From Candidatus Hydrogenedentota bacterium (GTDB lineage: Bacteria > Hydrogenedentota > Hydrogenedentia > Hydrogenedentales > SLHB01), in contig JADLGB010000037.1 of the NCBI GenBank assembly GCA_020849535.1, forward strand, positions 28,814 to 92,813: 64,000 nucleotides of DNA, in the 5' to 3' direction. The notes under the pieces were generated by a model. The model did not search any database, was not told where the DNA came from, and was given only the letters and a program-made list of their open reading frames with translations. The position numbers and the translations under genes are program-made. This document shows, piece by piece, positions 53,954 through 62,661 of the stretch. Numbering within the stretch: the first letter of the stretch is position 1; every line of letters begins with the position of its first letter.

Positions 53954-54205
53954 CTACTCGGGTGCTACTTCACTTGGCCGTAGTTCTGCGAGGTCATCTT
54001 CGAAGAGTTCCTGAGCACGGCGTAACTCCGCGTTCCAGTCGTGACCGCAAGCTTCGCACCAGTGACACAACGCCGTCAGGAGAGACGTGACGTAGCCCTC
54101 GGGGTCCGAATCTGGATCGTACTCCTTGGGCTGGTAACCGTCGGCTTTGGCGCGGTGCAGGATCGCCTCGCGCGCAAGCCCGAGCATGGTATCGCGGGTG
54201 CTCAT
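53954..54205 (-). CDS. Small hypothetical protein (83 aa)
   Basis: 4-nt overlap with the upstream gene. Part of a tightly packed minus-strand small-gene array. Confidence 0.45.
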   Translation of the reverse strand: MSTRDTMLGLAREAILHRAKADGYQPKEYDPDSDPEGYVTSLLTALCHWCEACGHDWNAELRRAQELFEDDLAELRPSEVAPE

Positions 54206-54402
54206 GAGGTCTTCTCCTCGACTTTCTCTTCGACGGACCAGGTGTCCGGACGAAGCTCATGACTATACTCATCGAACTCAAGGTCAACGGCCTCCGGCGC
54301 CCGATCATTGACGAGGTCCTTGGCGTGTTCCGGGTCATCGGCCGTGACTTGGTAGAAGCGGACATGCACTTCACGGACGCCTACAACGTAGGTCTTCTTC
54401 AT
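54202..54402 (-). CDS. Small hypothetical protein (66 aa)
   Basis: ATG at 54402 (MKKTYVV) forms an ATGA overlap with the upstream stop. GGGAGA RBS. Confidence 0.45.
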   Translation of the reverse strand: MKKTYVVGVREVHVRFYQVTADDPEHAKDLVNDRAPEAVDLEFDEYSHELRPDTWSVEEKVEEKTS

Positions 54403-54797
54403 GGCGCATTCTCCCGTGGATACGAGGCGCATGTTTTTTCCTCGGAATGATGTATCGCGCTGGCGCTTCGCGCACCCCCTTCCATCATTCGCAGGTCACA
54501 TACGTTTCGAAGCGAGTCGCGGATCGTTCGAAGCGCCTGTTTCCCATCTTCTTGAACGTTTGTCGTCTCGTGTACAATGCGCTCCGCCTCGGCTTTCAAT
54601 GCGCTGCAAAACTCGAAGAGCACCACGACAAGCGCCGACTCGTCTGTCGCGATCACTCTCTGGGCTTCCTCATCGGCATCAAAGCAGCAACAGGAGTCGC
54701 AACGTTGGATTTCCAGCGCGGCCGTGTCTGTGTTGAACATGAGCAGCCAACCGCGACCGCCGCACGCAGAGCAGGCATTGGATGCAGTGGTACTCAT
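54399..54797 (-). CDS. Cys-rich small protein (132 aa)
   Basis: CSACGGRGW...CDSCCC cysteine clusters (zinc-binding-like). 4-nt overlap with the upstream gene. Confidence 0.45.
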   Translation of the reverse strand: MSTTASNACSACGGRGWLLMFNTDTAALEIQRCDSCCCFDADEEAQRVIATDESALVVVLFEFCSALKAEAERIVHETTNVQEDGKQALRTIRDSLRNVCDLRMMEGGARSASAIHHSEEKTCASYPRENAP

Positions 54798-55084
54798 TCA
54801 TCCTCCTTCGGACGCCGGTCGGGGAAGTCCTTGTAGTACTCCTCCTCGAGCACGTCTGTGAACTGTTCGCGCAACGCGTCCACTTCGAGTGACGGTTGCC
54901 AGAGTTCGAACGTCGTGCCGTCGTCCAAGTGGAGCGTGGTTGAGATGCACTGCACCTCATTGGAATACGACACTTCGACGATGGTCCTGCCTTTGAGCAT
55001 GGCTACAATCTCTTTGAGGTGCGCTATGCCAGCGTTGCTGCGCATGAATCGCTCGAGGTCTGCCATATTGCACGCGTCTCCCAT
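54794..55084 (-). CDS. Small protein (96 aa), paralogue of 55387..55674
   Basis: GGAGGGGAGGA RBS. Shared blocks L(K/E)GRTI...TTLHLD...D(A/T)L(R/F)EQ(F/Y). Confidence 0.5.
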   Translation of the reverse strand: MGDACNMADLERFMRSNAGIAHLKEIVAMLKGRTIVEVSYSNEVQCISTTLHLDDGTTFELWQPSLEVDALREQFTDVLEEEYYKDFPDRRPKEDE

Positions 55085-55087
55085 GGT

Positions 55088-55390
55088 TCAGTCCTCCCCT
55101 CCGTTGAGCGCCTTTTGCAGGACCGGGGCAATCTCTTCGTAGGTGTGCCAGAACCCGTTGATCGAGATGCCCCGCTCGAAGCACAGGAGGTTTTCCAGTA
55201 AGTGCCGTTCGTCTTCCGTGGATTCGGCGGCGGCGTTGGCCAGGAGTTCGAGCGGGTCTGTGGGGATTTCGTGTTCGGCGCAGGCGTCGGTGTAGCTGCG
55301 GACATAGTCGTCGCCGATGCGCCATCCCCAACTTGCGCCGTCATGGTCCGCCTCGAACTTGGTGCGGGTCAGGAAAGCCCGGTTGCTCAT
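55088..55390 (-). CDS. Small hypothetical protein (100 aa)
   Basis: ORF in the coupled array (4-nt overlap with the upstream gene). No motif recognised. Confidence 0.45.
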   Translation of the reverse strand: MSNRAFLTRTKFEADHDGASWGWRIGDDYVRSYTDACAEHEIPTDPLELLANAAAESTEDERHLLENLLCFERGISINGFWHTYEEIAPVLQKALNGGED

Positions 55391-55674
55391 AAGGTCCTCC
55401 TTTCTGTTTCGTTTGTTGTTGGATGGTGGAGTTGCCAGAAGAAGGCGCTGTACTGCTCGAAGAGCGTGTCCAGCGTTAGTTCCTCGTCCTGGAAGCGAAA
55501 CGCTTCGTGCTTGTCCAGGTGCAGGGTGGTTGCGATGCCGTTCTCCGTTGCCGCAAAGGTGATGCGGCGGATAGTCCGGCCCTCAAGGTACGTGCGGATG
55601 CTTTCCAGCACGGCCCTGCTTTCCGAACTGCGCTTGAAGGCGCGGGCGTCTTTCACGCCCTTGCAGGTGAGCAT
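55387..55674 (-). CDS. Small protein (95 aa), paralogue of 54794..55084
   Basis: GGAGGG RBS 8 nt before ATG at 55674 (MLTCKGV...). The track ORF extends to 55758. Confidence 0.5.
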   Translation of the reverse strand: MLTCKGVKDARAFKRSSESRAVLESIRTYLEGRTIRRITFAATENGIATTLHLDKHEAFRFQDEELTLDTLFEQYSAFFWQLHHPTTNETERRTL

Positions 55675-56198
55675 GGTTGAACCCTCCCTTTGTCGAAGGT
55701 ACGTACCGTGCGCTTGTCTACGCTGACGCGGACGGTTTCGTAGTACGGGTCCATCCACGCGCAGAACTTGTCCAGGACCGCCTCAAAGGTTGTGGGCGTG
55801 TAGTCCAGGGTGAGGCAGCTTCGCGGGTAGTTTGCGTCGTGTTGCTGGAAGAAGCCGCCGGTAGACCCCAGGTCCAGGTAGTGGTCCAGGGTGAATTGGG
55901 CCCGCCAGTGGAAGATGGAATTGGCATGGCCCCATTTTCCGGGATGGTTTACGAGGTCCATGAAGTGGCGCGCCCGTTCGAGGATGGCTTCCGGCGCGGT
56001 GCTTCGCTGGGCCCAGCCGATGTACTCGCAGGAGCCCAGCCCGAAGGCTTTGCTCCAGTGGCCGGTCACGATGCGCCACACGGTGGGCCGTTGGTCCGCC
56101 CAGGCAATGACGCGGGCCAGCGCCGGGTCGGCGGTGCGCAAGTGCCGTACGTCGGACTGGTAGATGCGAAGCGAGATGACTTGGTCGATGGTATTCAT
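55653..56198 (-). CDS. Hypothetical protein (181 aa)
   Basis: ORF in the same array. No motif recognised. The opposite-strand ORF 55677..56216 is considered a shadow. Confidence 0.45.
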   Translation of the reverse strand: MNTIDQVISLRIYQSDVRHLRTADPALARVIAWADQRPTVWRIVTGHWSKAFGLGSCEYIGWAQRSTAPEAILERARHFMDLVNHPGKWGHANSIFHWRAQFTLDHYLDLGSTGGFFQQHDANYPRSCLTLDYTPTTFEAVLDKFCAWMDPYYETVRVSVDKRTVRTFDKGRVQPCSPARA

Positions 56199-56212
56199 AA
56201 CCGTGACCTTTC

Positions 56213-56515
56213 CTAATACTCGTCAGGGAGCAGCATTGTGGTGGCGGCCCGGTTGCCTTTGTCATCCTCCGCGTCGGTGATGATCCAGAGCGTGGTCTCA
56301 TCCGGAAGGAAATAGGCGCTCAGCAACCGCGCACCGGATTTCAGTGCCTCATTGTTGGCCTGTTTGTCCTCCTCGCACACAATGCCCCAATCGCCGCGTG
56401 AATGGCGCTGGAGGAAGTCCAGGCCCGTGGTGTGGTTCCGCCGCAGGGCTTCCAACGCGCCGGGCGTGGCCACGATTTGGCCGAGGGGGAATTGAATCTC
56501 TTGTTTCGTGCTCAT
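56213..56515 (-). CDS. Conserved plasmid/ICE-associated small protein (GDWG...TTMLLPDEY type)
   Basis: GGAGGTG RBS before ATG at 56515. RHSRGDWGIVCEEDKQANNEAL...LWIITDAE...TTMLLPDEY matches a family I recall on conjugative plasmids/ICEs near anti-restriction genes. Confidence 0.5.
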   Translation of the reverse strand: MSTKQEIQFPLGQIVATPGALEALRRNHTTGLDFLQRHSRGDWGIVCEEDKQANNEALKSGARLLSAYFLPDETTLWIITDAEDDKGNRAATTMLLPDEY

Positions 56516-56595
56516 GCTTTCACCTCCATTAACAGTTGTGGCCCGGCGGGCCGATTGGTCTCCGCCGGGCCCGGCTCTATCCATAGGGAAACGGG

Positions 56596-56961
56596 CTACG
56601 CAGCCAGCTCCCGCTCTTTGAGTTGTCGAGAGGCGTCCTCGGTTAGCTTGTTGAGTTCCTCCAGCGCCCCGTCGACCATGTCGTCGAAGTAGCCGCCGGG
56701 TTGCCGGAAGTCCTCCTCGTCTGCGTACGAACAACAGCCGAGATGGTCCGAGGCCGAGAACAGTCCCCATGAAACATTCACGGTGACCATGGCCCAGGCC
56801 CATACGTCATCCTGTTCCAGACGGCGAAAGATGCCGCCCTCAACTTCCCGGTCAAAGGCATCGTCGCCGGATGCCAAGGCGTTGCCCTCAACCGGAATGA
56901 ATTCCGGTTCCACCTTCAGGCGGATGGCGATTTCTTCGCGCGTCAGCGGTTTCCAATTCAT
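56596..56961 (-). CDS. Acidic small protein (121 aa)
   Basis: GGAGGTG RBS before ATG at 56961 (MNWKPLT...). Acidic. Function unknown. Confidence 0.45.
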   Translation of the reverse strand: MNWKPLTREEIAIRLKVEPEFIPVEGNALASGDDAFDREVEGGIFRRLEQDDVWAWAMVTVNVSWGLFSASDHLGCCSYADEEDFRQPGGYFDDMVDGALEELNKLTEDASRQLKERELAA

Positions 56962-57062
56962 ATAGATCACCTCCTTGGTCTGGCCCCAACAGGGGCATGT
57001 TTCGGGCCTGTTCGGGCAGGTTGTGGTTTCTAATACAAGGGAGAACGCCCAGGTTTTGGGCA

Positions 57063-57926
57063 CTATGCGGTAGCGGGCAACTCGGCGGGTTGGGCCGTTG
57101 CGGCGGCCGATTCGGCTGTATCGAGGATCAGTTTGACGCAGTTGCAGACACGGTCGAGCACTTGGATGCAAGCGCGCACGGTGTCTACCTTCGCATCTCG
57201 TGCATATTGTTCGATGTAGCTGAACGCGCCGCCGAGGTCCGCGTCATGCGTCATCCCGAGGCACTCGAGCAACACCGCACCGCCCAATTCGGCCACGATC
57301 TCCTTGTGCCACTTTTCTCCTTTGAGGTTTGTAAGCCGGTGGTCTGCCGCATGGACCAACTCATGGGCCCACGTAGACAGGTTTTCCACGCCCAGCATGA
57401 CGGCCTGGTTACCATTCGAGGCATAACGGTAGTAGCCAAGCGGATTCCCACCCCGATGGCTGAATGTACCGACGTTGATGCCCCAAGCATCGGCCACTTC
57501 TGTCAAAGGAAGCTCCTTGACCCAGGAATCGTACTTACCGTCACCTTCGGGCAAGGCATCGCCTTCTGTGTCTTCAACCGCAAACACGGGCACAGACCGG
57601 AATCCGTAGATCACCTGCCGCTCCTTTTCCTGGCCTTGGTCGTTCTTCTCCGCGACCTTCTTGACGCACGGTGCCAAGATCCAAATGGCGCAGCTGCCCT
57701 TCTTGACCTTCCTGCCGGCTTGGTTCCACTGTTTGATGCCCCGCGCGTCCACGGTGGCGCACAAGGCAACAAGAAGCTGGTTGTGCCAGCTCCACCGCCT
57801 GCACGGCACATCGTCCTCACGATGGATGAACACCGGCGCCAATGCTGACGGCAACCGTTCGGGATGGCGGAACGCGTCAACAATGCGCTCCGCTACGTCC
57901 TGGCTGTGCTTTCCGTAAAACTTCAT
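57063..57926 (-). CDS. ArdC-like protein (ssDNA-binding N-domain + HExxH metalloprotease-like C-domain)
   Basis: AAAGGAGG RBS before ATG at 57926. N-terminal WSWHNQLL...IKQWNQAGRKVKKG. C-terminal WAHELVHAADH. Confidence 0.6.
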   Translation of the reverse strand: MKFYGKHSQDVAERIVDAFRHPERLPSALAPVFIHREDDVPCRRWSWHNQLLVALCATVDARGIKQWNQAGRKVKKGSCAIWILAPCVKKVAEKNDQGQEKERQVIYGFRSVPVFAVEDTEGDALPEGDGKYDSWVKELPLTEVADAWGINVGTFSHRGGNPLGYYRYASNGNQAVMLGVENLSTWAHELVHAADHRLTNLKGEKWHKEIVAELGGAVLLECLGMTHDADLGGAFSYIEQYARDAKVDTVRACIQVLDRVCNCVKLILDTAESAAATAQPAELPATA

Positions 57927-57971
57927 ACGAATCGACCTCCTTTCATTTGTTGACCTGTCCAAATGCGAAAA

Positions 57972-58002
57972 GCCCGACAGGCTACTCGTTGACCTGTCGG
58001 GC
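57972..58002. promoter_or_regulatory. 31-bp palindromic element (copy 1), 46 bp upstream of the ArdC-like start
   Basis: GCCCGACAGG-CTACTCGTTGA-CCTGTCGGGC, perfect 10-bp arms. Confidence 0.4.
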
Positions 58003-58132
58003 CAAAGCGGGTGGCGGCATACGGTCATCTCCTCGCATCACCGAATGGGCGTACGAAGATACGGACGTATGGCGATTCTGAATAGAGAATCACGTAGTGA
58101 AGGGTGCGGGAGTTGTGGCGGGGGAGGGTATG

Positions 58133-58609
58133 TCAGGCGGAAACGGTAGCAGCCCGTGATACCGACGCTGCTGCGGACTCGCGAATGTAGAAGCGTGTGC
58201 GGCGCGGACTGTCGCAACGTAGAAACAGGTGCGTGTCGCTCTTGAAGTCCCCGAACCCAAGGTGTTCCAATCCGTGAAAATCGTGCAGGCGTGGAAGGTT
58301 CAATTCCGGTACAGTGTTGAGTCCGCCGTCAATGACGTCTTTGCCATCGGCCAGCATCTTCTCCACGTATTCCTTGTCTGTCAGGACCGGCTCGGGCTCC
58401 TCATATTCGCCCAAGTCATACCCCCGGTGGATGGCGTCGTCTAGGGACCAGAGCTGCCGGAAGCCGCCCAGTTCCACATGCATCCCCGGACACTCGCGCG
58501 GTGCTTGATCCATCTTCTCCGCTAACGCCAGGGCTTCCTCCTTGGTCAATTCGCCGAAGTCCAGCCGGACCGTCACGCCGCATTTCTTGCACTTCGTTCG
58601 AATAATCAT
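58133..58609 (-). CDS. Hypothetical protein with N-terminal CxxC (158 aa)
   Basis: MIIRTKCKKCGVTVRL... First gene of the minus-strand early-type array. Confidence 0.45.
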   Translation of the reverse strand: MIIRTKCKKCGVTVRLDFGELTKEEALALAEKMDQAPRECPGMHVELGGFRQLWSLDDAIHRGYDLGEYEEPEPVLTDKEYVEKMLADGKDVIDGGLNTVPELNLPRLHDFHGLEHLGFGDFKSDTHLFLRCDSPRRTRFYIRESAAASVSRAATVSA

Positions 58610-58650
58610 GCTTCGCTCTCCTATCGTCGTTTTGCTGGAAACACAAAGAA

Positions 58651-58680
58651 CCCTACAGGCTACTCGTTCACCTGTCGGGC
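58651..58680. promoter_or_regulatory. Palindromic element (copy 2), 42 bp upstream of the 58609 start
   Basis: CCCTACAGGCTACTCGTTCACCTGTCGGGC, which differs from copy 1 at only three positions. Confidence 0.4.
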
Positions 58681-59129
58681 TTGATGGCTGAAGATATGGT
58701 CATACAGTCATTCGCTGGTATGGCTGCGATGGGAAAGGACCGTACGGGATGATGGTAGTGGGGGCACGTAGCACGTAGAAATCGCGAGCGCTTTCGCTCA
58801 ATCACACGCTCCAATCCGTCATTCTCGGGCTGGAGTTCACTCTACATAAAGGTACAGGGACTTACTTCTTTGCGAACACTTCCGGCCTTCACGGTCCCTC
58901 GGGATGCTGCTCGACAATCAGGCTTTCTTTAAGGACCGCTCAAGGTCTGCGGTGGTCCGGTTTCGGGCCATGGACATGGGCGCAGGTGCGCCACTTTGTC
59001 CAAGGCTCCAAATGGTCGATATCAGTAACTACAACGTGGTGGTGATGGGGGAGTATATAAACCTTTGCATTCCTGCACATACGCTCGTATGGCGGTACGC
59101 CTACATCGGCGTATGCCGGTGGGAGGTGA

Positions 59130-59267
59130 GAGAGTAAATTTCCTGTCGAGCGCGCCGAAGACGAGCTCTGTTTTTCTCCTTTCTTTCTTTTCTATATTGA
59201 AAAGAATAGATATATAGAGAGAGATAGAGAGAGAGGCCAAAGGATTCTCCATCGGACATTTACTCTC
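59130..59267. other. Candidate replication origin: AT-rich polypyrimidine/polypurine core flanked by a 14-15-bp inverted repeat
   Basis: GAGAGTAAATTTCC (59130-59143) versus GGACATTTACTCTC (59254-59267; one mismatch). Core TTTTTCTCCTTTCTTTCTTTTCTATATTGAAAAGAATAGATATATAGAGAGAGATAGAGAGAGAGG at ~59170-59237. Directly upstream of the Orc1/Cdc6-like gene. Confidence 0.4.
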
Positions 59268-59305
59268 CCTCTTGCTTTCCCGATGACACTTCCCGGTGAC
59301 ACAAA

Positions 59306-60619
59306 ATGCTTATATACAAGGTATGCGTCCTGTGGAGCATGAAGCAGCAAACGTCCACTCAAACGCCTCCGGCCAATGGCACACAGGACATTATCGGGAG
59401 CGCTTTCGCCACGGTAAGCCAACGCAAGTTGATCCGCCGCCGCATCTACCTGGATGACGAGAACCTGTCCGACGGAGAGCGTGTAGCCGTACTCCAGGAA
59501 GTATTTCACCGGGGAATCCGCATGCGGCAGATCGAACGTCTGGCCAAAATGATGGCGCCATTGGGCGACGGGCATCCGCCGCCGCACGTGCTCATCTACG
59601 GACCCACCGGGACCGGAAAGTCCGTGACCTGTCTGCACTTTCTCTCAGCCATGCAGGGTGTCTGCGCGCAGAAGGATATTTCGTTCCAGTACTTCTACGT
59701 GGATCTCACGACGCCTCACACCTGCTTCGGCGCTTTCAACGAACTCGCCATTGCCATGGACGGCTCGGTCCGGCGCTACCGCAAGGGTGTCGCACTCACC
59801 GAAATGCAGGAGTGCATCATCGCCGCATTAAATGCCCTCAACGGCGTGGTGTGCATGCTTATCGACGAACCGGACACCATCACCCGGGACCAGGACACCT
59901 TCCTCATGTTCCTGGCGAAGACCCTGCCCAGGAAGGTCCAGGCCAGGCTGGTCTACATCTTTCTCACCAACCAGCCCGAGTGGGAGCGTAGCCTCGATCC
60001 GCGTATCCTTTCCGTGCTGAAGAAGCAGGATATGATTTTTGAACCCTACGACGCCATGGATCTATTGGAAATCCTGAAGCTCCGGGTGGAAAAGGCGCTC
60101 GATCCTGACAAAGTGAACGAAACCGCCCTGCGCAAGATCGCCGCGATGGCGTCGCGAGACACCGGCGACGCACGAAAGGCGGTGGAGCTGCTCGCCAAGG
60201 CCGCCGAAGCTGCGGAAGAAGGATCAGGACACTTGTCCGAGGCGGAGGTGGACACCGCTGCACTGCGTCTTGAGTCGGACAAAACCCGGCAACTGATTGA
60301 CGCCCTCGCGCCGCAACAACACCTTGCCTTGCGGGCTTGCTACTACGGGCTGCAGAAAGAACGCCGGCGCCTGTCCACCGGTCTGGCTTACGCCTGGTAC
60401 CATCGCTTGTGCTCCGAGGAATGCACCAAACCCCTCACCCAACGCCGTTTCTCTGAAATGGTCAGCTTCCTGGATCTCTACGGCTTGGTCAACGCCTGCG
60501 TCACCAGCAAGGGGCGCTTCGGAAAGACCCGCGACATCTCACAGTCCCTTCCGTCCACCGTAGTCGCGGACATCCTCGGCAAGCTTCCGCCAATTGAGCG
60601 TCAGGACTCGCTGACATGA
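59306..60619 (+). CDS. Orc1/Cdc6-like AAA+ initiator protein
   Basis: Walker A LIYGPTGTGKSVT. Walker B CMLIDEPD. Sensor-1 YIFLTNQ. DARKAVELLAKAAE. C-terminal winged helix ...FLDLYGLVNACVTSKGRFGKTRDI. Confidence 0.8.
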   Translation: MLIYKVCVLWSMKQQTSTQTPPANGTQDIIGSAFATVSQRKLIRRRIYLDDENLSDGERVAVLQEVFHRGIRMRQIERLAKMMAPLGDGHPPPHVLIYGPTGTGKSVTCLHFLSAMQGVCAQKDISFQYFYVDLTTPHTCFGAFNELAIAMDGSVRRYRKGVALTEMQECIIAALNALNGVVCMLIDEPDTITRDQDTFLMFLAKTLPRKVQARLVYIFLTNQPEWERSLDPRILSVLKKQDMIFEPYDAMDLLEILKLRVEKALDPDKVNETALRKIAAMASRDTGDARKAVELLAKAAEAAEEGSGHLSEAEVDTAALRLESDKTRQLIDALAPQQHLALRACYYGLQKERRRLSTGLAYAWYHRLCSEECTKPLTQRRFSEMVSFLDLYGLVNACVTSKGRFGKTRDISQSLPSTVVADILGKLPPIERQDSLT

Positions 60620-60931
60620 CAGGTCCAAGGTAAAGTCCTGCATCTGCTGGCATGCCCGCTGCTGTTCAAATGAGAAAAGGACGGTTCGCGGATGAGTTGC
60701 GGGCTCGGGCGATTACAATCAAGGATGACCCTATGAAGGCTGGAGGGGGCGTCACACCATGGGCGGGGGACTGATTTTCACTTTTCTTTTGCCTCCCTGC
60801 GTCATGCACTCAAGGCAGTACTCGATTTCCGGGATATGGAGACGTACCAGTCGTCGTTGGTCGTCCGGTAGAAGCGGGTCAAACGAGCGCTATAGAAATG
60901 TGCGGCCACGCTCCATACGATTCTCATCTCA

Positions 60932-61537
60932 TCACCGATCTTGACGAAGCCAATATGATGAACTCGTCTGATTCTTTTGCCGGACGAGGACTTGAAACAC
61001 GCTCCTGGTCAGCCGGATGTCGTAAAGCGCATCGTGAGCCAGTGACTCTTCGACGTGCAATCCCAAGGCTCTGGCAACTGTGGTGAGTTTGAAGTTATTC
61101 AGGCGAGATCGGCTTGCCATGGCAGCAACAGCGGCCATACCCATGACATCAATGGGTGGGTGCCAGAACCAGGAGCCGTAGAAACGGTCATTGTTCTTCT
61201 CGAACCAGGCACGGATATGTTCAGAATCAAATGGCGCGTTGTAAGCCACCAGATGGAATTTGTCGCTGCGGTCGTATCGGTCCACAAACTGGCCAAGAAG
61301 ACTGGTGAATCTTTCGAATGCTACGCGCGGGTCTTCGTATCCGGCTATCTCCTCGTGCGTGAGCCCGTTGACAGAAAGTGCCTCGTCAGAGACCACATCT
61401 GCTGGAAACGGACGAATTCGGTGATTGAACGACGCCTTGATTTCTCCCTCTATCTCAATCACGCCGGACAGCTGGATGAGCCCGGAATCCGGATACTCAA
61501 GGCCAGTGGTTTCCACATCGATGAATATCAGTTTCAT
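60932..61537 (-). CDS. DEDDh 3'-5' exonuclease (DnaQ/epsilon-like)
   Basis: Start at MKLIFIDVETTGL (61537). ExoI FIDVETTG, ExoII LVAYNAPFDSEHI, ExoIII LAHDALYDI. Confidence 0.8.
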   Translation of the reverse strand: MKLIFIDVETTGLEYPDSGLIQLSGVIEIEGEIKASFNHRIRPFPADVVSDEALSVNGLTHEEIAGYEDPRVAFERFTSLLGQFVDRYDRSDKFHLVAYNAPFDSEHIRAWFEKNNDRFYGSWFWHPPIDVMGMAAVAAMASRSRLNNFKLTTVARALGLHVEESLAHDALYDIRLTRSVFQVLVRQKNQTSSSYWLRQDR

Positions 61538-62371
61538 TATAGAGAGACAAGAACGGCTCCATATAAAAAGTTTGCGGCAGTGGTAGTGTTGAGGGGAGTG
61601 CAGTCGGGGCGGAAATCGGCAGCCGCATGCCTCTCTCCGACGGATTATATCCGTGCCGCTGATGAAGCGTCTGACGTGGTTGATGATGCCCAGGTGGTGC
61701 ATCTTGGCGCGGACGGTCTCCAGTTGTGCAGCTACCTATTCCCTGTCGTTCCACCACCGGAGCGGCATTCGGCAGGAAGTGCTCCGGTAATCACGTCAAC
61801 TTTACGAGCATTGCGACGAATATGCGCTGCTGGGTCTTGTTTCCCGGGGTACAGCACACCATCGAGTTCGTCGAAGCCTTCCATACGGCTTATGCAGTTG
61901 TGATTGATTTCAATTCCTGTGAATGGTGTCATTGTTGCCGCCGGCCTCCTGCCTTTTTGTGACAAATCCAGCCTTTGTGGGTCAGGACCGATGAGTGATG
62001 CGTGTTAAAAGAAACGCAGGTCGTTGCGCTGGGAAAGGCCAGAACTTGATGCTCCCCGAAAACCGCGCGAATCCGTGCTGATGGTGCGCAGGATAGTGCA
62101 TTCCACGGTAAGCACGACTTTTCGGAGGTGATCCATACAGGAATCTCCCTGTGGGCTGCGGCGAAATGTGGGAGGGTGAATCCCTTGTCAATTTGTGCCG
62201 GGGCTTGGAGACTGCTTTGCCTGGTGTTTACCGTCGAAAAACCCCAATGACAATAGCTGAACAGGTAAATAGTTGATATGCCCCCGTGTTGCCTATGCGG
62301 CCACATCACCGTTCATTGTGCCGGACGAGTACTTCAGGAACGATTCGTCGTGCAGGTTGATTTCGTACACG

Positions 62372-62567
62372 AACCCAAAGCTACAGGTAGAGGCGATTGA
62401 GAATCCCCTTAGCTATGCACTCCGTAACGGGGTACCTTTGTGGTACCACCCCTAAGGTGAAGATCTAGCCCATGGCCTCTGCAACGCTAAGCAGACCCAG
62501 GACTTACGCGGATATCGGGACTCCACAAATGGCACAGCAAAACCTCGAATGTGCCATTTTTTGTGCC
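62372..62567 (+). repeat. Decayed copy of the tRNA-3'half / post-tRNA flank (candidate attR and relic attL of a second island)
   Basis: Colinear matches to 19415-19500. AACCCAAAG (62372-62380), CAGGT, GAATCC (62401-62406), GCTA. Then GCAACGcTAAG (62481-62491) and AGGACTTACG (62499-62508). Then hairpin AAATGGCAC/GTGCCATTT and TTTTTTGTGCC (62557-62567). Confidence 0.45.
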
Positions 62568-62661
62568 GTTTTTCGTCGGGAGTGACCACCCTTTATGCAG
62601 AAATGGCGTCTATTCATTTGGGACTTGCCCAACGACGAACATCAAGAAAGGAGCGCTCGTC

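Larger units (their letters stand above)
19455..62420. mobile_element. ~43-kb integrative genomic island/integrated replicon inserted at the 3' end of tRNA-fMet
   Basis: tRNA-adjacent tyrosine integrase and Xis-like gene. Own replication genes. Accessory/defence-like cargo. Degenerate copy of the tRNA 3' half at ~62372-62420 and of the tRNA-distal flank at 62481-62567. Right boundary is approximate. Confidence 0.65.

Noticed and set aside
59170-59237. GA/TC-rich low-complexity tract considered as a simple microsatellite or assembly artefact
   Set aside because: It is not a uniform repeat. It is bracketed by a specific inverted repeat and sits next to an initiator gene, so it is kept as a candidate origin core instead.
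61929-62309. 126-aa minus-strand ORF (and 61732..61965) between the exonuclease gene and the relic att region
   Set aside because: No RBS, odd composition (His/Ser/Cys/Trp-rich), and it lies in what appears to be decayed junction DNA. Not reported as a gene.
19455-62420. Interpretation of the island as a prophage
   Set aside because: No terminase, portal, capsid, tail or lysis genes were recognisable in any frame. nrdDG, Gp88-like and MoxR/vWA genes are phage-flavoured but not diagnostic. This remains open only if the hypotheticals hide virion folds.
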